DNA of 64,000 nt from NCBI GenBank assembly GCA_002269645.1, contig NIVC01002289.1:1-64000 (forward strand), given 5' to 3'. Shown here piece by piece: positions 1 through 11,483 of this stretch (positions are counted from its first letter, which is position 1; each line of letters starts with the position of its first letter). The stretch is from Macrostomum lignano (Eukaryota). The notes below the pieces were generated by a model. It was not told the origin of the DNA, searched no databases, and was given only the letters and a program-made list of their open reading frames with translations. The translations under genes and the position numbers were made by a program.

Positions 1-1574
1 TTCCTAAAGTCATGAGCTCTGCAAATATCCGCTCGAAGGCCACATGACAGGCAAGTACAGCTTTCGGCACACTGGAAAAGGTACTTCGTAACTTTTCCAT
101 TAACCTCTCCGTAACTTGTAACTGACTGTGGCACCGCGAGCCGGCCACGGCGAGAGCAAGATTAATCCAAACAGGTCGCCCGCTGTCAGGCTGAGTGAAG
201 GTATAGTAAATTTTCTCAAAGGATTTCGACCGGCACGTCTTCGCGCTGAACGAAATTTGCATGCCGCCCAGAGCCCGCCAGCCTGAAAATCAATGGAGGA
301 ACGCGCAGTCTGTGAATGCCGAACTGCTCATCTGGAAGCTTCTCGTCTGCCCTGCGCCGCTGAAGTGCCGCCTCGGGAAGTTCGGCAGACGCGAAAATCC
401 ATTTCATTTAGGACCTCTGGTTGGCGCTCTTGCTTTGCAAGACAAAAATTTACTAAGACATGCCAGCTAGAAAAGAGTAAAGTGACAACCTAAATTTTGA
501 AAAAATGAGGTCTAAAATTATGTTTCACCACCAGGTTTTCGATCAAAAATTATTACTTCTGTTTTACTACCACTCAAGTCAAGTACGCAAAGTAGTAAAA
601 CGACAAAACTATTGACACTTTTGAAGATCTATTCTTGCTTAAAAACATTAGCAAAGTTATTTTGTTCAGTAAACATTACTCAGTAGGGCTTTGATACACT
701 AATTATTTCGCCTCTGCAGCTCGTAGTTTGTACAGAGAGGACGTCTTCTACTGTCAGTAAGTCGTTTTTGACGAGCAGCAAACAATCATAGAATAAAATC
801 GCATGCTTATTGTTTCATAAACATTTATGAGCAGTTGTGAACTGCATTCCTTTCTCTGTAGTTTCATACTTTCAATTCATGGTTGGCATGGCACACGGGC
901 TTTTGCTGAAGTGTTCGCAAGTGCAGCTGTTCTCTGCAAAACTCTCTATCTCTCGCTGTGTGTCTCATAGTCAAACACTGTCCAATTTCCTTGACACAGC
1001 TAAATCGACAGCAGCCGGTGGCCTGGACAGCGCAGGAAAGAATGTTCAATGGCGGCTCTCCTAGCAAATCTCCCTTGCAGTCCTGTCGCAGGGGCACCAG
1101 CAAACGGCTCGCGGACTCCCAGAGCAGGAGCTTCTGCGGGTGCGGAACGGTCCAGCCAGAGTGTGGGGAGGGGGGGGCAACTAGTCTCAGGAAAGAAAAT
1201 TCAGTGCTGTCACGGTGTAGCTTCTCAATCCTTGTGCCGTCTATGAAATATAACAAAAAATTTATAATACCGCCTGCATGCGAGAACTTGAGAGACACTG
1301 CAAAATAGCTGCAGAGACAGGGAGAGAGAGAGAGGGGGCAGTCACTGCTTCAAAAAGGATTGGATCGCGCCACACGAGGGGGGGGTAGGCTACGAAAATC
1401 GATCACTAGAATGGCCAGATTGCAAAGAGTCCTGCTGCCCACTGCCCCCATACCCTGCTGGCTTGGCGACTAATAAAATTCAGTTTCGAGTGTAACACTT
1501 TCCGACAATAATCCGCTCCCTGCACTGCTCACCAAGATTTTCAAATAGAATTATTAATCTACAGAGAAATCGGA

Positions 1575-2483
1575 ATGTCCGAACGAGAATTTCTTGCAGA
1601 AATTTCGCGACAAGGACACTCGATCGTTTAAGAATTTCACGGCAGCGCAATTCCTTGAGGTGTGGAATCACTACGACAAGGATGGCAGCGGCTACATCGA
1701 GGACGAGGAGCTGGACGGCTTCCTGAAGGAGTTCGTGACTTCAATCATTCGGACCAAATCGGCCAGGAGGTATCTCGGACAGCGCGCCAAGGACTCAAAG
1801 AGGAGTTCATGCTGGCCTACGACGAGAACGAGGACAATCGAATCGAGATTGGCGAGCTGGCCCAGATGCTGCCGACTGACCAGAGCTTCCTGCTGCTGTT
1901 CCGGCGGGACAATCCGCTCGAATCCAGCGTGGAATTCATGCGCATCTGGAAGCAATTCGACAAGGACAATTCTGGCCAGATTGACAAAGAGGAACTCAAG
2001 GAGTTTCTGCGCTAGCCTGCTGCAGGAGCGGAACCAGGAGGCCTCGGTGAGCGAGGAGAAGCTGGCCGAGTACGCCGACGCCATCTTGAAGCTCTTCGAC
2101 ACAAACGGCGAACGGTCAGCTGCAGCTGAGCGAGATGGCGAAGCTGCTGCCGTCAAGGACAACTACCTGAGCCGGCCGCTGCTGAAGAACGCCGCCTCGG
2201 CTGTCCTCGTACGAGATTGACAAAATCTTTCGCAAGTACGACACGGACAAGACGGCAAAATCGAGGGCGACGAGCTGGAGGGCTTCCTCAGGACCTGCTG
2301 GAGCTCACTGGCGAGCAGTTTGACGATCAGAAGATGAAGTTCTTCAAGGAGGTGAATCATGGAGCAGTGGGACACTGACAAGGACGGTGGATCGGCAAGG
2401 ATGAGCTGAAGATGATCCTCATGCAGCACAAGCGGATGGCGCAGGAGCAGGAGGCCTATGACAGGGGCCTGTGCGATGAGTGA
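1575..2483 (+). CDS. Calbindin-32/calretinin-family hexa-EF-hand Ca-binding protein, intronless, broken by about 8-10 single-base indels (assembly error or pseudogene)
   Basis: Stitching frames gives ENFLQKFRDKDTRSFKNFTAAQFLEVWNHYDKDGSGYIEDEELDGFLKEF...FMLAYDENEDNRIEIGELAQMLP...FLLLFRRDNPLESSVEFMRIWKQFDKDNSGQIDKEELKEFL...EEKLAEYADAILKLFD...KYDTDKDGKIEGDELEGFL...WDTDKDG.IGKDELKMILMQ. This is collinear with Drosophila calbindin-32 (Cbp53E) as recalled. ATG 1575, TGA 2481-2483, AATAAA 2533-2538. Confidence 0.9.
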
Positions 2484-3688
2484 GGCGATTTCTGAGAGTT
2501 TGGACCTCAGTGCTGTCAGTCTCTTCTCTGTCAATAAAAGTTCCATTTCTAGAGGAGAGTCATGTCTGATATCTAAACAAATGTCAGCCTGCTTTTTCAT
2601 CGCACCAGATGCTCCACAGCTGCTCTACATGTAGGTTCTAGACAGTTAATTATTAATTAGCTACTCAATCCAGATTCAAAAGCACATTATATTGACCATA
2701 GTTTGTTGTTAAACTTCTGTTAATTTTATTAATAGCCTAAATAGAATCTATAACTGTCTAAAATATATATAATCTTTTCTTAACCGCGCTGAATATACTT
2801 TTCCGCACCGCAATTTTAATTAATCACGCATTGACAAGTTAATTAGTTTGAAAGCGCTTAACCTTTTAAAGTATTAAACCTGCGTTGCGTAGGCAGCCTC
2901 TCTCTGCGCCAGCTTTATAACTATTCTGTTCATTATGCATTAAATTTGCAAATGTCATTATCATATTCACATCGTAGTAAGACTTAATAATTTCTTTTTA
3001 ATACGGACGGAGGGTTGGTGCTGCAGGGTGGAGCTGTGCCTGCTCTAATAGCTATGCTAGCTGACTGCCGAACACCTGGCACCGTCTCAGAGCCCCCTGG
3101 CGCTCGCGATTATTGCGCAGACATTGAGAGTCTCGCTCGGCAGTCTGTGGAAGCGTCTGCAGTTTTAGATCGATATTTTGCTGCCAAATTTATACAGCCA
3201 GAGGGCAACTCTCGGAAATCTGCTGCCACCGCACACAGACCCTCGCAGTCCATGAGGCGGTTCAGCTGTCCCTGAGTCTACACGCCGCCTGCTCACGACT
3301 CTCCCACATGCTCTACCAGTGGGACAAACACAGAGAAACAGAGAGACAAAACGTGCCTATGGCAACCACCGACGATCAATTGGGTGATTTTTTATTTGAG
3401 AATTCGAGGCCAACAATTTGGTGAATAGCGGGAAGGACCGACAGGCCGCTGGAAAGTCAAGTCTGCTCGCGAGTGCGGCGTCGATTTCGGCTAAAATTGT
3501 ACCAATAGGAGACAAAATTTGTCCTAAATCGTGTCATAAACTTTTTTCCTGTTTAAAATAAGCATAGCACTTCGATTGTCAAAAGCATGTGTTCTCTTTC
3601 TCGTTTAGTGAAGGCTAGGATAGATAGACCTTTTTGCGTTCTATTTGGTTTTTTTTTCACTCAAAATCAACCAATCAATCATAGATTT

Positions 3689-4026
<338 letters not shown>

Positions 4027-4523
4027 GCCTCTAAGCTTTTAAAATTCATCTACGAACTCTTATGATCTTGCTTTATACGTTTGCATTTACATCACTTTGA
4101 AGGTCACACGAACAAGGGAGGTTGTCTATTTTATCTGAGCAACATGACTCACGGGTTCATGGATTTTTAAACTGAAAATTAATTGAATTAAAATGACAGT
4201 CTCTCCAAAAGTAGTCAGCCGTGTTTCAAGCAAAAATTTCAATTATACAGAGTTCAAGAAACCTTGAGGCCAAGCCTATTGATTCACAGAATACCTGCGT
4301 GGATTTTAACAAAGACACAGCCGGCAATGAACATAAATAAATAAGAATAATATTTTTGAAAGACAAACCGACAGAGCAAGCAAAATAATGCGCTTTTAAC
4401 AGTATAAAGTGTAATGAGACGCACAAAATATAGTTATATCAAATGGGCGAAACTTGCGAAGCAATTTCACTTCATCTGGGCTCCCTTAACTGACTGGAAC
4501 CTAACGCCAGACATTTAACTGTC

Positions 4524-4783
4524 AGACATCCCACTCCCGACACCCCACTCCCAGACACCCCACTCCCAGACACCCCACTCCCAGACACCCCACTCCCAGA
4601 CACCCCACTCCCAGACACCCCACTCCCAGACACCCCTCCCAGACACCCCACTCCCAGACACCCACTCCCAGACACCCCACTCCCAGACACCCCACTCCCA
4701 GACACCCCTCTCCCAGACACCCCACTCCAGACACCCCACTCTCCCAGACACCCCACTCCCAGACACCCCACTCCCAGACACCC
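4524..4783. repeat. 15-bp minisatellite (CACTCCCAGACACCC)n just 3' of the MFS gene stop
   Basis: About 17 near-perfect copies; G-rich on the minus strand. Confidence 0.95.
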
Positions 4784-4796
4784 GACCCAACCCAAA

Positions 4797-7700
4797 CTAG
4801 GAGCTCCGCACGGACACTCTGTCCGCAGCTGAGCAACAGCTGCACCGCTGCTGCAGTCGCCCACAGACCCGTCGCCAACACCGGCCGAAGTCGCTGGCCA
4901 TTGTCAGCATGCCCAAGAAGGTGGCGGAAGCAACGGCAAAGGAGCCCAACGCCAGGTGCATCACAGAGGCCGGGCCAGCCGCAGGCGACACCAGCAGATA
5001 GCCGGCCAGAGGCGGCAGGGCGGACATGCCCAGTTGGCCGCCGATCAGCCAGCTGCAGGCGACGGGGCCGGCCACCGGCAGCCGCTGCTCCAGCCAGGTG
5101 ACGCCTGTGGCGTACAGAACGGAGACGGCCAGGCCGAAGGCGGCCGTGCCGGCGAAGGCCAGCCAGGTGGACTCGGACAGGCTCAGAGTGGCCAGGGCTG
5201 CCAGGCAGGCGACCAGGTGCGCCAGCAGGATGCCGGTCGGCCGGGCCCAGCGGGAGACGACAACGCCGAGGCCGCGGCCGACTAGAAAGCCGGCAAAGAA
5301 GGCGGCCTGCAGGGCGGCGGCGCCGCGCGCGCTGAGCTGGAGGCCCGGGGCGCAGCTGGCGTAGGCGCCACCGAACGACCAGAAGATGTTCTCGCCGCCG
5401 ACAGACGCGAAGTAGAAGGCCGCGGTAAGAACCACCAGGCAGCGGCGTCGCCAGGCGGCAGTGGCGGCGGGCGGAGCGGCGCCTCGGCTTCCAGAGGAAT
5501 CGGTGGCGGACTCGGCGGCACCGGGGCCGGCAGGACAGCGGGCTGGCGGGGAGGAGCGCCAGCAGCAGCAGCCCGACGGACGCGGCAGCCTGAAGTGCCG
5601 CCAACACCGAGTACGGAGTGACCAGCAGCAGAGGAGCGGCTGTCGCTCCGCCGCCAACTGTCGACGCCGGGCTGGTCGAAGTGGCGAGCGCTGGTGTCTT
5701 CAAGTTGTGCCACCGAGTAGCGGATTGGTTCGAGGCGCCGCTTCCGACTCGACCGCAGGCGCTTTCGCTACTTTCCCACGCCTGCTGCTCTTCGTCTATG
5801 GGTGGCTCTGTGGCATCGTTGGCGGCGAGGAACGGGTGCAGCATCAGCGGCGCGATGAGGCCGCCGAGTGCGGTGCAGAAGTGCAGCGAGTGCAGGATCG
5901 GGCGCGACTGCAGCGAACCGAGCAGGCGGATCACCAAGATGCCATTGGCTGACAGAGAAGTTGAGGGGGTTTCTGTGCATTGAGTTTGTGTTTCTAATCT
6001 CTAAACTTAGCTTGAATCTCTAAGGGCCAGTGGGTTTTACAAGCTGCAGCTACCCAGGGATCGGCAGTTTTGCTAATCTAGCTCATAATTCTGTGCCAGG
6101 TGAGAAAAGAAAGAAATGGAATCGAGGAGAGAGAAGAGAGGAAGGGTGAGAGGAGAGAGGAGAGAAGAGGAGAGGCCACAGAGACGAGTGAGGGGATGAG
6201 ATGAAAGATGGGATGATGAAAAGATGGGAGAGAGGAGATAAGAGGAGATAATGGAGGAGAGAGACCAGAGAAGAGGGGAGTGAAGGAAGAGGAGAGAAGA
6301 GAGAGGAGGAAGAAATGAGAGAAGAGAAGGGAGAAAGAGAAGAGAAGAGAAGAGAAGAGAAGAGAAGAGAAGAGAAGAGAAGAGAAAGAAGAGAAGAGAA
6401 GAGAAGAGAAGAGAAGAGAAGAGAAGAGAAGAGAAGAGAAGATAAGAGAAGAGAAGAGAAGAGAAGAGAAGAGAAGAAAGAGAGAGAAGAGAAGAAAGAG
6501 AAGAGAAGAGAAGAGAAGAGAAGAGAAGAGAAGGGAGGAGAGAAGAGGAAGGGAGGTAGAGAGAGAAGAGAAGAGATAGGAGAGAAGAGAGAGAAGAGGA
6601 GAGAAGAGAGAAGAGAGAAGAGAGAAGAGAAGAGGGAGGAGAGAAGAGAGAAGAGAGAAGAGAGAATAGAGGAGAGAAGAGAGAAGAGAGAAGAGAGAAG
6701 AGAGAAGAGAGAAGAGAAGAGAGAAGAGAGAAAAGAGAAGATAGAAGAGAGAAGAGAAGAGAGAGGAGAGAAGAGAGAAGAGAAGAGAGAGGAGAGAAGA
6801 GAGAAGAGAGAAGAGAGAGGAGAAGAGAGAAGAGAGAAGAGAGAAGAGAGAAGAGAGAAGAGAGAAGAGAAGAGAGAAGAGAGAAGAGAAGAGAGGGGAG
6901 AGAAGAGAGAAGAGAGCTGAGAAGAGAGAAGAGAGCTGAGAAGAGACACAGACCTTGAGCGGGCCGAATTTCTGTTGTAAAATTTCAAAGGACCCGATGG
7001 CCGGGGCGTAGTTTGGGAAGGTACGGGGGTAACGCTCCTCAAAAAATGGCTCTTGTTGACGGCTACCTGCGCCCCTGATGCCAGGACGAGTGACGGCAAT
7101 TTTGCAAGCTCTTTGTTTATTCACTCGTTTTTGAATCGCCAATGACATCGCTTCCAGTTCTGAATCTACCTGGTACTTGAACTACTCCATACGATACCAA
7201 AATACGCCACAAACACAAATCAATCAGCCAGCCAGTTCACTGCACCGGTCTCGAGGGCTCCGTGTCCGGCGCCAAGCAGTCCGGCCAGGCTGAGCGCCAG
7301 AGCGCAGCTGCGCGCCAACGACGCGCCGAGCATGGCGCCGGCGCTAACCAGATTTCCAGCGGCCAGAAAAGCCGGCCGGGCCAGGCGGCTGCTGTCCGGC
7401 AGCCGGTTGAACACGAAGCCGGTCAGCAGTGCCAGCAGGCAGGCCGCGGCAGACTTGGCCGTGAACCAGAATCCCATGTCGCTGAGGCCGACGCCCACCT
7501 GCCTGGCCAGGTGCATCAGGCTGCTGCCCGAGAGCGTTGGCCATGCCGATGCAGATGTGACTGAGGCACAGCAGGGCCAGCAGCGGCCAGTGCAGCCGCA
7601 GCACTACTGCGAACTGAGTGAGGGGCGTTAGCGGTTTTGCAGCTGCAGCTGGGCTGCACTTTTTAACTTTGGAAGTGAAGGGTAGAAAGGGAAGGGAAGC

Positions 7701-8088
7701 GAAGGGAATTGAAGGGAAGGGAAGGGAAGGAAGAAGAAAGGGAAGAGAAGGGAAGAGAAAGGAAGGGAAGGGAAGGGAAGGGAAGGGAAAGGAAGAAAGT
7801 AGAAGTGGGGTTCCACCTCAAACTTAAAAGCCTTCAATGGTTTTCCAGCAGGCGAATGAATGAAAATGCTGTACAGTTTGTCAGTACAGTTGAGTTCTTG
7901 GCAGCGGCGCAGCATCTCACCTTGACTGCCACCGAGTCGATAGAGGCGACCGGACTCGGAAGCTGCTGTGCGCCATCAGTTGGGATCCCGTTGCCAAGCA
8001 ACTCTTCTTTGCCAACGCCCGCCTCTTTGTTACTGCAGGTTTCGTCTGTCGGCTGTCGTTCCGGCGGCTTCTCTTCGATTGGCAGCAT
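4797..8088 (-). CDS. MFSD4: Major facilitator superfamily transporter, MFSD4/NaGLT1 (FucP-like) type; 3 exons, 2 apparent frameshifts
   Basis: Exon 1 8088-7921 (MLPIEEK...VAVK, donor AAG|GTGAGA). Exon 2 7658-7246 (LLALLCLSHICIGMANALG, frameshift near 7528, then LMHLARQVGVGLSDMGFWF...GHGALET). Exon 3 5948-4797 (ANGILVIRLLG...PILHSLHFCTALGGLIAPL, frameshift near 5500-5600, then FYFASVGGENIFWSF...AFFAGFLVGRGLGV...FGLAVSVLYATGVTW...IGGQLGMSALPPLAGYL). Splice phases are compatible. The LHF..ALG..IAP and VG.E..F motifs are typical of MFSD4. Confidence 0.85.
6125..6945. repeat. Polypurine (AGAAG/AGAG)n tract in MFS intron 2
   Basis: About 820 bp almost purely A/G on the + strand. Confidence 0.95.
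7685..7800. repeat. (GGAAG)n-type purine tract in MFS intron 1
   Basis: Directly visible; it forms the polypyrimidine tract before the exon 2 acceptor on the minus strand. Confidence 0.9.
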
Positions 8089-8413
8089 TGCTCTGCAAGC
8101 AATGCGCCTTACATACTACTGTTGCACTCCGGTTCGACAGTAGATTGGCTGCGCAACGGAAACCATCCTAAAGTTATTTAAAAAATTTGATCTTATATCC
8201 AACTTTGATAAGATTTCAATTAATATTTTACATTCTTTTTAAGCAGTTTTTGCAGTAATGTTAGCCCCAGACAGAGGCTCTATCGAGTTGAGGAAGTTAA
8301 AGTAGCCTACGAGCGTACATATGTATACTCGTGCGCATATTCTTCATCTGCGAAATATGTCTGTGGTCGCTATTCCCCAAAATCTGAAGAACATGTTTCC
8401 TTAATGAATTATA

Positions 8414-8950
8414 TACCTTTTTGCGATCTAGTTTGCCAAAACTAGAGTCATGACCAGAGTTTCAGCCACAGACAACTCTTTGAAAACTGCAATCAGTTTT
8501 GCCCAAACTGCGATCTAGTTTGCCCATAGCAAAGAAAACACCACAGACATACATAGCAAGATCAAAGAATGGCCCAGCGTGAACCTTACAACAGGATTTC
8601 AGCAAAGGACCGGCAGCGATTGATTCAAGCATATCAGGGTGGAGAGGACTGGCAAGATTTCGGTAGGCTGTTGGGCATCTCACGAAGAAACGTGACTTAC
8701 ATAGTTGGACAATTCAACGCAACCGGTCGTATAGAGCCTCTGCCTCGCGGAGGTGCCAAGCGGAGGTCCCTTAACAATGCTATGATTGAGAGCATTTGTG
8801 CCTACGTCTACCATTATAAACTCGCTGTTTATTGTTCACTGTTACAGTTTATTTCGTCACACTTCCGAATTGATTCTCAATAAAAATCCTTCTTGGCTTG
8901 CTATGGGCAAACTAGGTCGCAGTTTTGGCAAACTAGATCGCAAAAAGGTA
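8414..8950 (+). mobile_element. Internally deleted Tc1/mariner (IS630-like) DNA transposon retaining only the N-terminal HTH region
   Basis: TIR TACCTTTTTGCGATCTAGTTTGCCAAAACT at both ends, flanked by TA on each side (8412-8413 and 8951-8952). ORF 8569-8883 (MAQREPYNRISAKDRQRLIQAYQGGEDWQDFGRLLGISRRNVTYIVGQFNATGRIEPLPRGG) resembles the paired-like HTH of Tc1/IS630 transposases. No DDE domain is present. Confidence 0.85.
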
Positions 8951-9280
8951 TATTAGCTAATGAAGTTTATAAGTATACGAACGAGGGTTGTGTCGTGATT
9001 TCGGTGAACAAAAATAGACTGCACTGCATAGTTTGCCTTTCAGCTGCACACACCTAATAGTGCCGTCTCTCTGGCAGCTTGCTGATCCCGTCATGCCAAG
9101 AAACTCTGTGGGGCAGGTCTAGCTAATAGGGTAGGTACGGCACCAGCTTGTATCCCAAGTGTCCGACAGGTGTACATCTAGCGTCTGCACGCAAGGACCA
9201 ACTAGAAGTTACCGTTGCATCTGCATGTACTTAAATATTGCAAAAAAGGTTGCAAGTTGCAAGGTTGCATGAAACTCATG

Positions 9281-9893
9281 TAGGAACTGATGGATCAAGC
9301 TAAAGGATTGATGGATCAAGCTAAAGGATTGATGGATCAAGCTAAAGGATTGATGGATCAAGCTAAAGGATTGATGGATCAAGCTAAAGGATTGATGGAT
9401 CAAGCTAAAGGATTGATGGATCAAGCTAAAGGATTGATGGATCAAGCTAAAGGATTGATGGATCAAGCTAAAGGATTGATGGATCAAGCTAAAGGATTGA
9501 TGGATCAAGCTAAAGGATTGATGGATCAAGCTAAAGGATTGATGGATCAAGCTAAAGGATTGATGGATCAAGCTAAAGGATTGATGGATCAAGCTAAAGG
9601 ATTGATGGATCAAGCTAAAGGATTGATGGATCAAGCTAAAGGATTGATGGATCAAGCTAAAGGATTGATGGATCAAGCTAAAGGATTGATGGATCAAGCT
9701 TCAGGAACTGATGAATCAAGCTTTAGGAATTGATGGATCAAGCTTTATGAACTGATGAATCAAGCTGCAGGAACTGATGAATCAAGCTTCAGGAACTGAT
9801 GAATCAAGCTTCAGGAACTGATGAATCAAGCTTCAGGAACTGATTAATCAAGCTTCAGGAACTGATGAATCAAGCTTCAGGAACTGATGGATC
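9281..9893 (+). repeat. 21-bp tandem array (TGATGGATCAAGCTAAAGGAT / AGGAACTGATGAATCAAGCTTC variants), about 29 units
   Basis: Directly visible; reverse-complement homolog of the array at 13539-14328. Confidence 0.97.
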
Positions 9894-10075
9894 TCTGCAA
9901 ATATTGCCATATTACGAGTGATGCATCCTGACACAACGGTAGCTTCTAGTTGTCTTTGTCTGCACATCTGTCAGCAGCTTTGGCACCGGCAAAACAGAGA
10001 AAAGCATTATTTTTCCCTAGTGAGCTGCCCGCATTTGTCAGCGAGCCTATGAAACAACTCTCGTAATTACCCCAA

Positions 10076-11250
10076 TTAGGAATTCTAAATCTAGCAACTG
10101 GAATGGCAACTGAAATATCAGCTATACAAGATGAGGCCAAGATTAGAGATCGCAAGCGTGCGACGTAAACACAGAGTATTTAAAAAGAAGGATCGTATTC
10201 GTATATCATTTCAACTCGTTTGGCTAGGTAAATCTCGTCGATCAATAACACCACTGTCGTCTCATAGGCATGTAGTCGGTTGTAGCACAATTTGAGATAG
10301 TCGGAGTTGTCCAGACCTGTAGACCCCATCCTCCTTGTTAATTTTCGAAGGACATTAACTGATGGCAGTATTAGCGATTTGGTCTCCAGAAGCCGCTGAT
10401 AAGCTGCCGGACTCACAGAAAACAGAATATAAGAGAAAACGATCAACTCAACGATTTTTTGTGAAACATGATGGCATGCTGGTCGTGCTGTATTGTGGGA
10501 ACTGCATCTTCTATTAATCTTCTTTTTACAAGATTGGCACCTTCTTCGTGCTGTTTCTTTTTCCGATATGCATTGCTGTCCTGATTCTCAGTAATAAAAT
10601 CTGATTCCGTGAAGTGAAGAGAGCAAATTCGAGTGTGCTTCGATGGCTTGAAATTTGCTTCTCAGGAAATGCTCTTCAACCATTTTTCCAGCAGGTCGTC
10701 TCGATTCGGAAACGTGTGGAATGAAATCCTCGCTGACCGTGCCGTTGCCGACTCGCTGCCGGACTTGCAGCCAAAAACGGCGCATTTATTTGGCATGCAG
10801 AGGACTCAAAACTTCTGCAGAGGACGCAGAGACTTGGCTTCAGGAAAGTCACTCTGGCAAATTAGTGCTTACAGGCTAAAACAAAATAAGGCGAGCGAAG
10901 CTGATTCTTCATAGTGGCAATCTAAGTTGATGCGGCAAGCAAAATCCTATGTCTGTGGCAATCGCAGTAAGCATTGTTTAGCAATTTGACGATCATTATT
11001 CACATTTTTAATGCAGAACAATCCATTACTACAAACAATGCATTGTCTGTAGGATCGTCAAACAGAAAAACAATGCAAAGAATCAGCGGTCGCAGCACGT
11101 GACAACGATTTGTCTATGGCTCGCGCCTACCGCGCTCGCCAGACCATCGTTGTCACGCACTGGGACCGCTGATTATTTATCCATTATCTTGTATAAAGAA
11201 GTCCTCACCGCTATTTCAGTTGTCATTCCAGTAGGATATAGAATTCCTTG
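10076..11250 (-). mobile_element. Defective P-superfamily (THAP9-like) transposon: THAP zinc finger plus N-terminal transposase fragment, internally deleted
   Basis: From ATG 10796 on the minus strand: MPNKCAVFGC...FHTFP...EKWLKSIS*EANFKPSKHTRICSLHF (C2CH THAP signature, TGA at 10664-10662). A frameshifted LIEDAVPTI follows, then ILFSVSPAAYQRLLETKSLILPSVNVLRK...VLLIDEIYL (SPAAY/LPS and first catalytic DE motifs of P transposases). Imperfect TIRs of about 40 bp (AGGAATTCTA.ATC...ACTGGAATG.CAACTGAAATA) lie at about 10078-10117 and 11212-11249. No clean TSD. Confidence 0.85.
11081..11173. repeat. 93-bp hairpin (29-bp imperfect inverted repeat)
   Basis: AATCAGCGGTCGCAGCACGTGACAACGAT pairs with ATCGTTGTCACGCACTGGGACCGCTGATT with 3 mismatches. 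Confidence 0.85.
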
Positions 11251-11483
11251 ACTTTGTGGTCGAAAATTGAATACAGGGAAATCAAGTTGAATTCCTTCAG
11301 TGTCTATGGCAGAAAGACCTCTAGTTCTCACTTAAGTTGCTTGAATTTCCTTCCTATAATCTTTTTCTGTTCCTTTGAACTTTTGGTATCTATGTCAAAG
11401 GAGGCTTCATGCTTCACTTTACACCGCTATGAAAGTGTACACCAGTCCTGAAAATTGATGCATTGCAATACTGCTAATAGCAC

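Noticed and set aside
4522-5937. 471-aa ORF reading into the 15-bp repeat as the MFS C-terminus
   Set aside because: The second half of the transmembrane bundle is in the other frame (4797-5657); the read-through results from a frameshift.
9209-9733. MDQAKGL heptad ORF (coiled-coil or LEA-like look)
   Set aside because: A 21-bp tandem array without codon-position variation, which also occurs inverted at 13539-14328.
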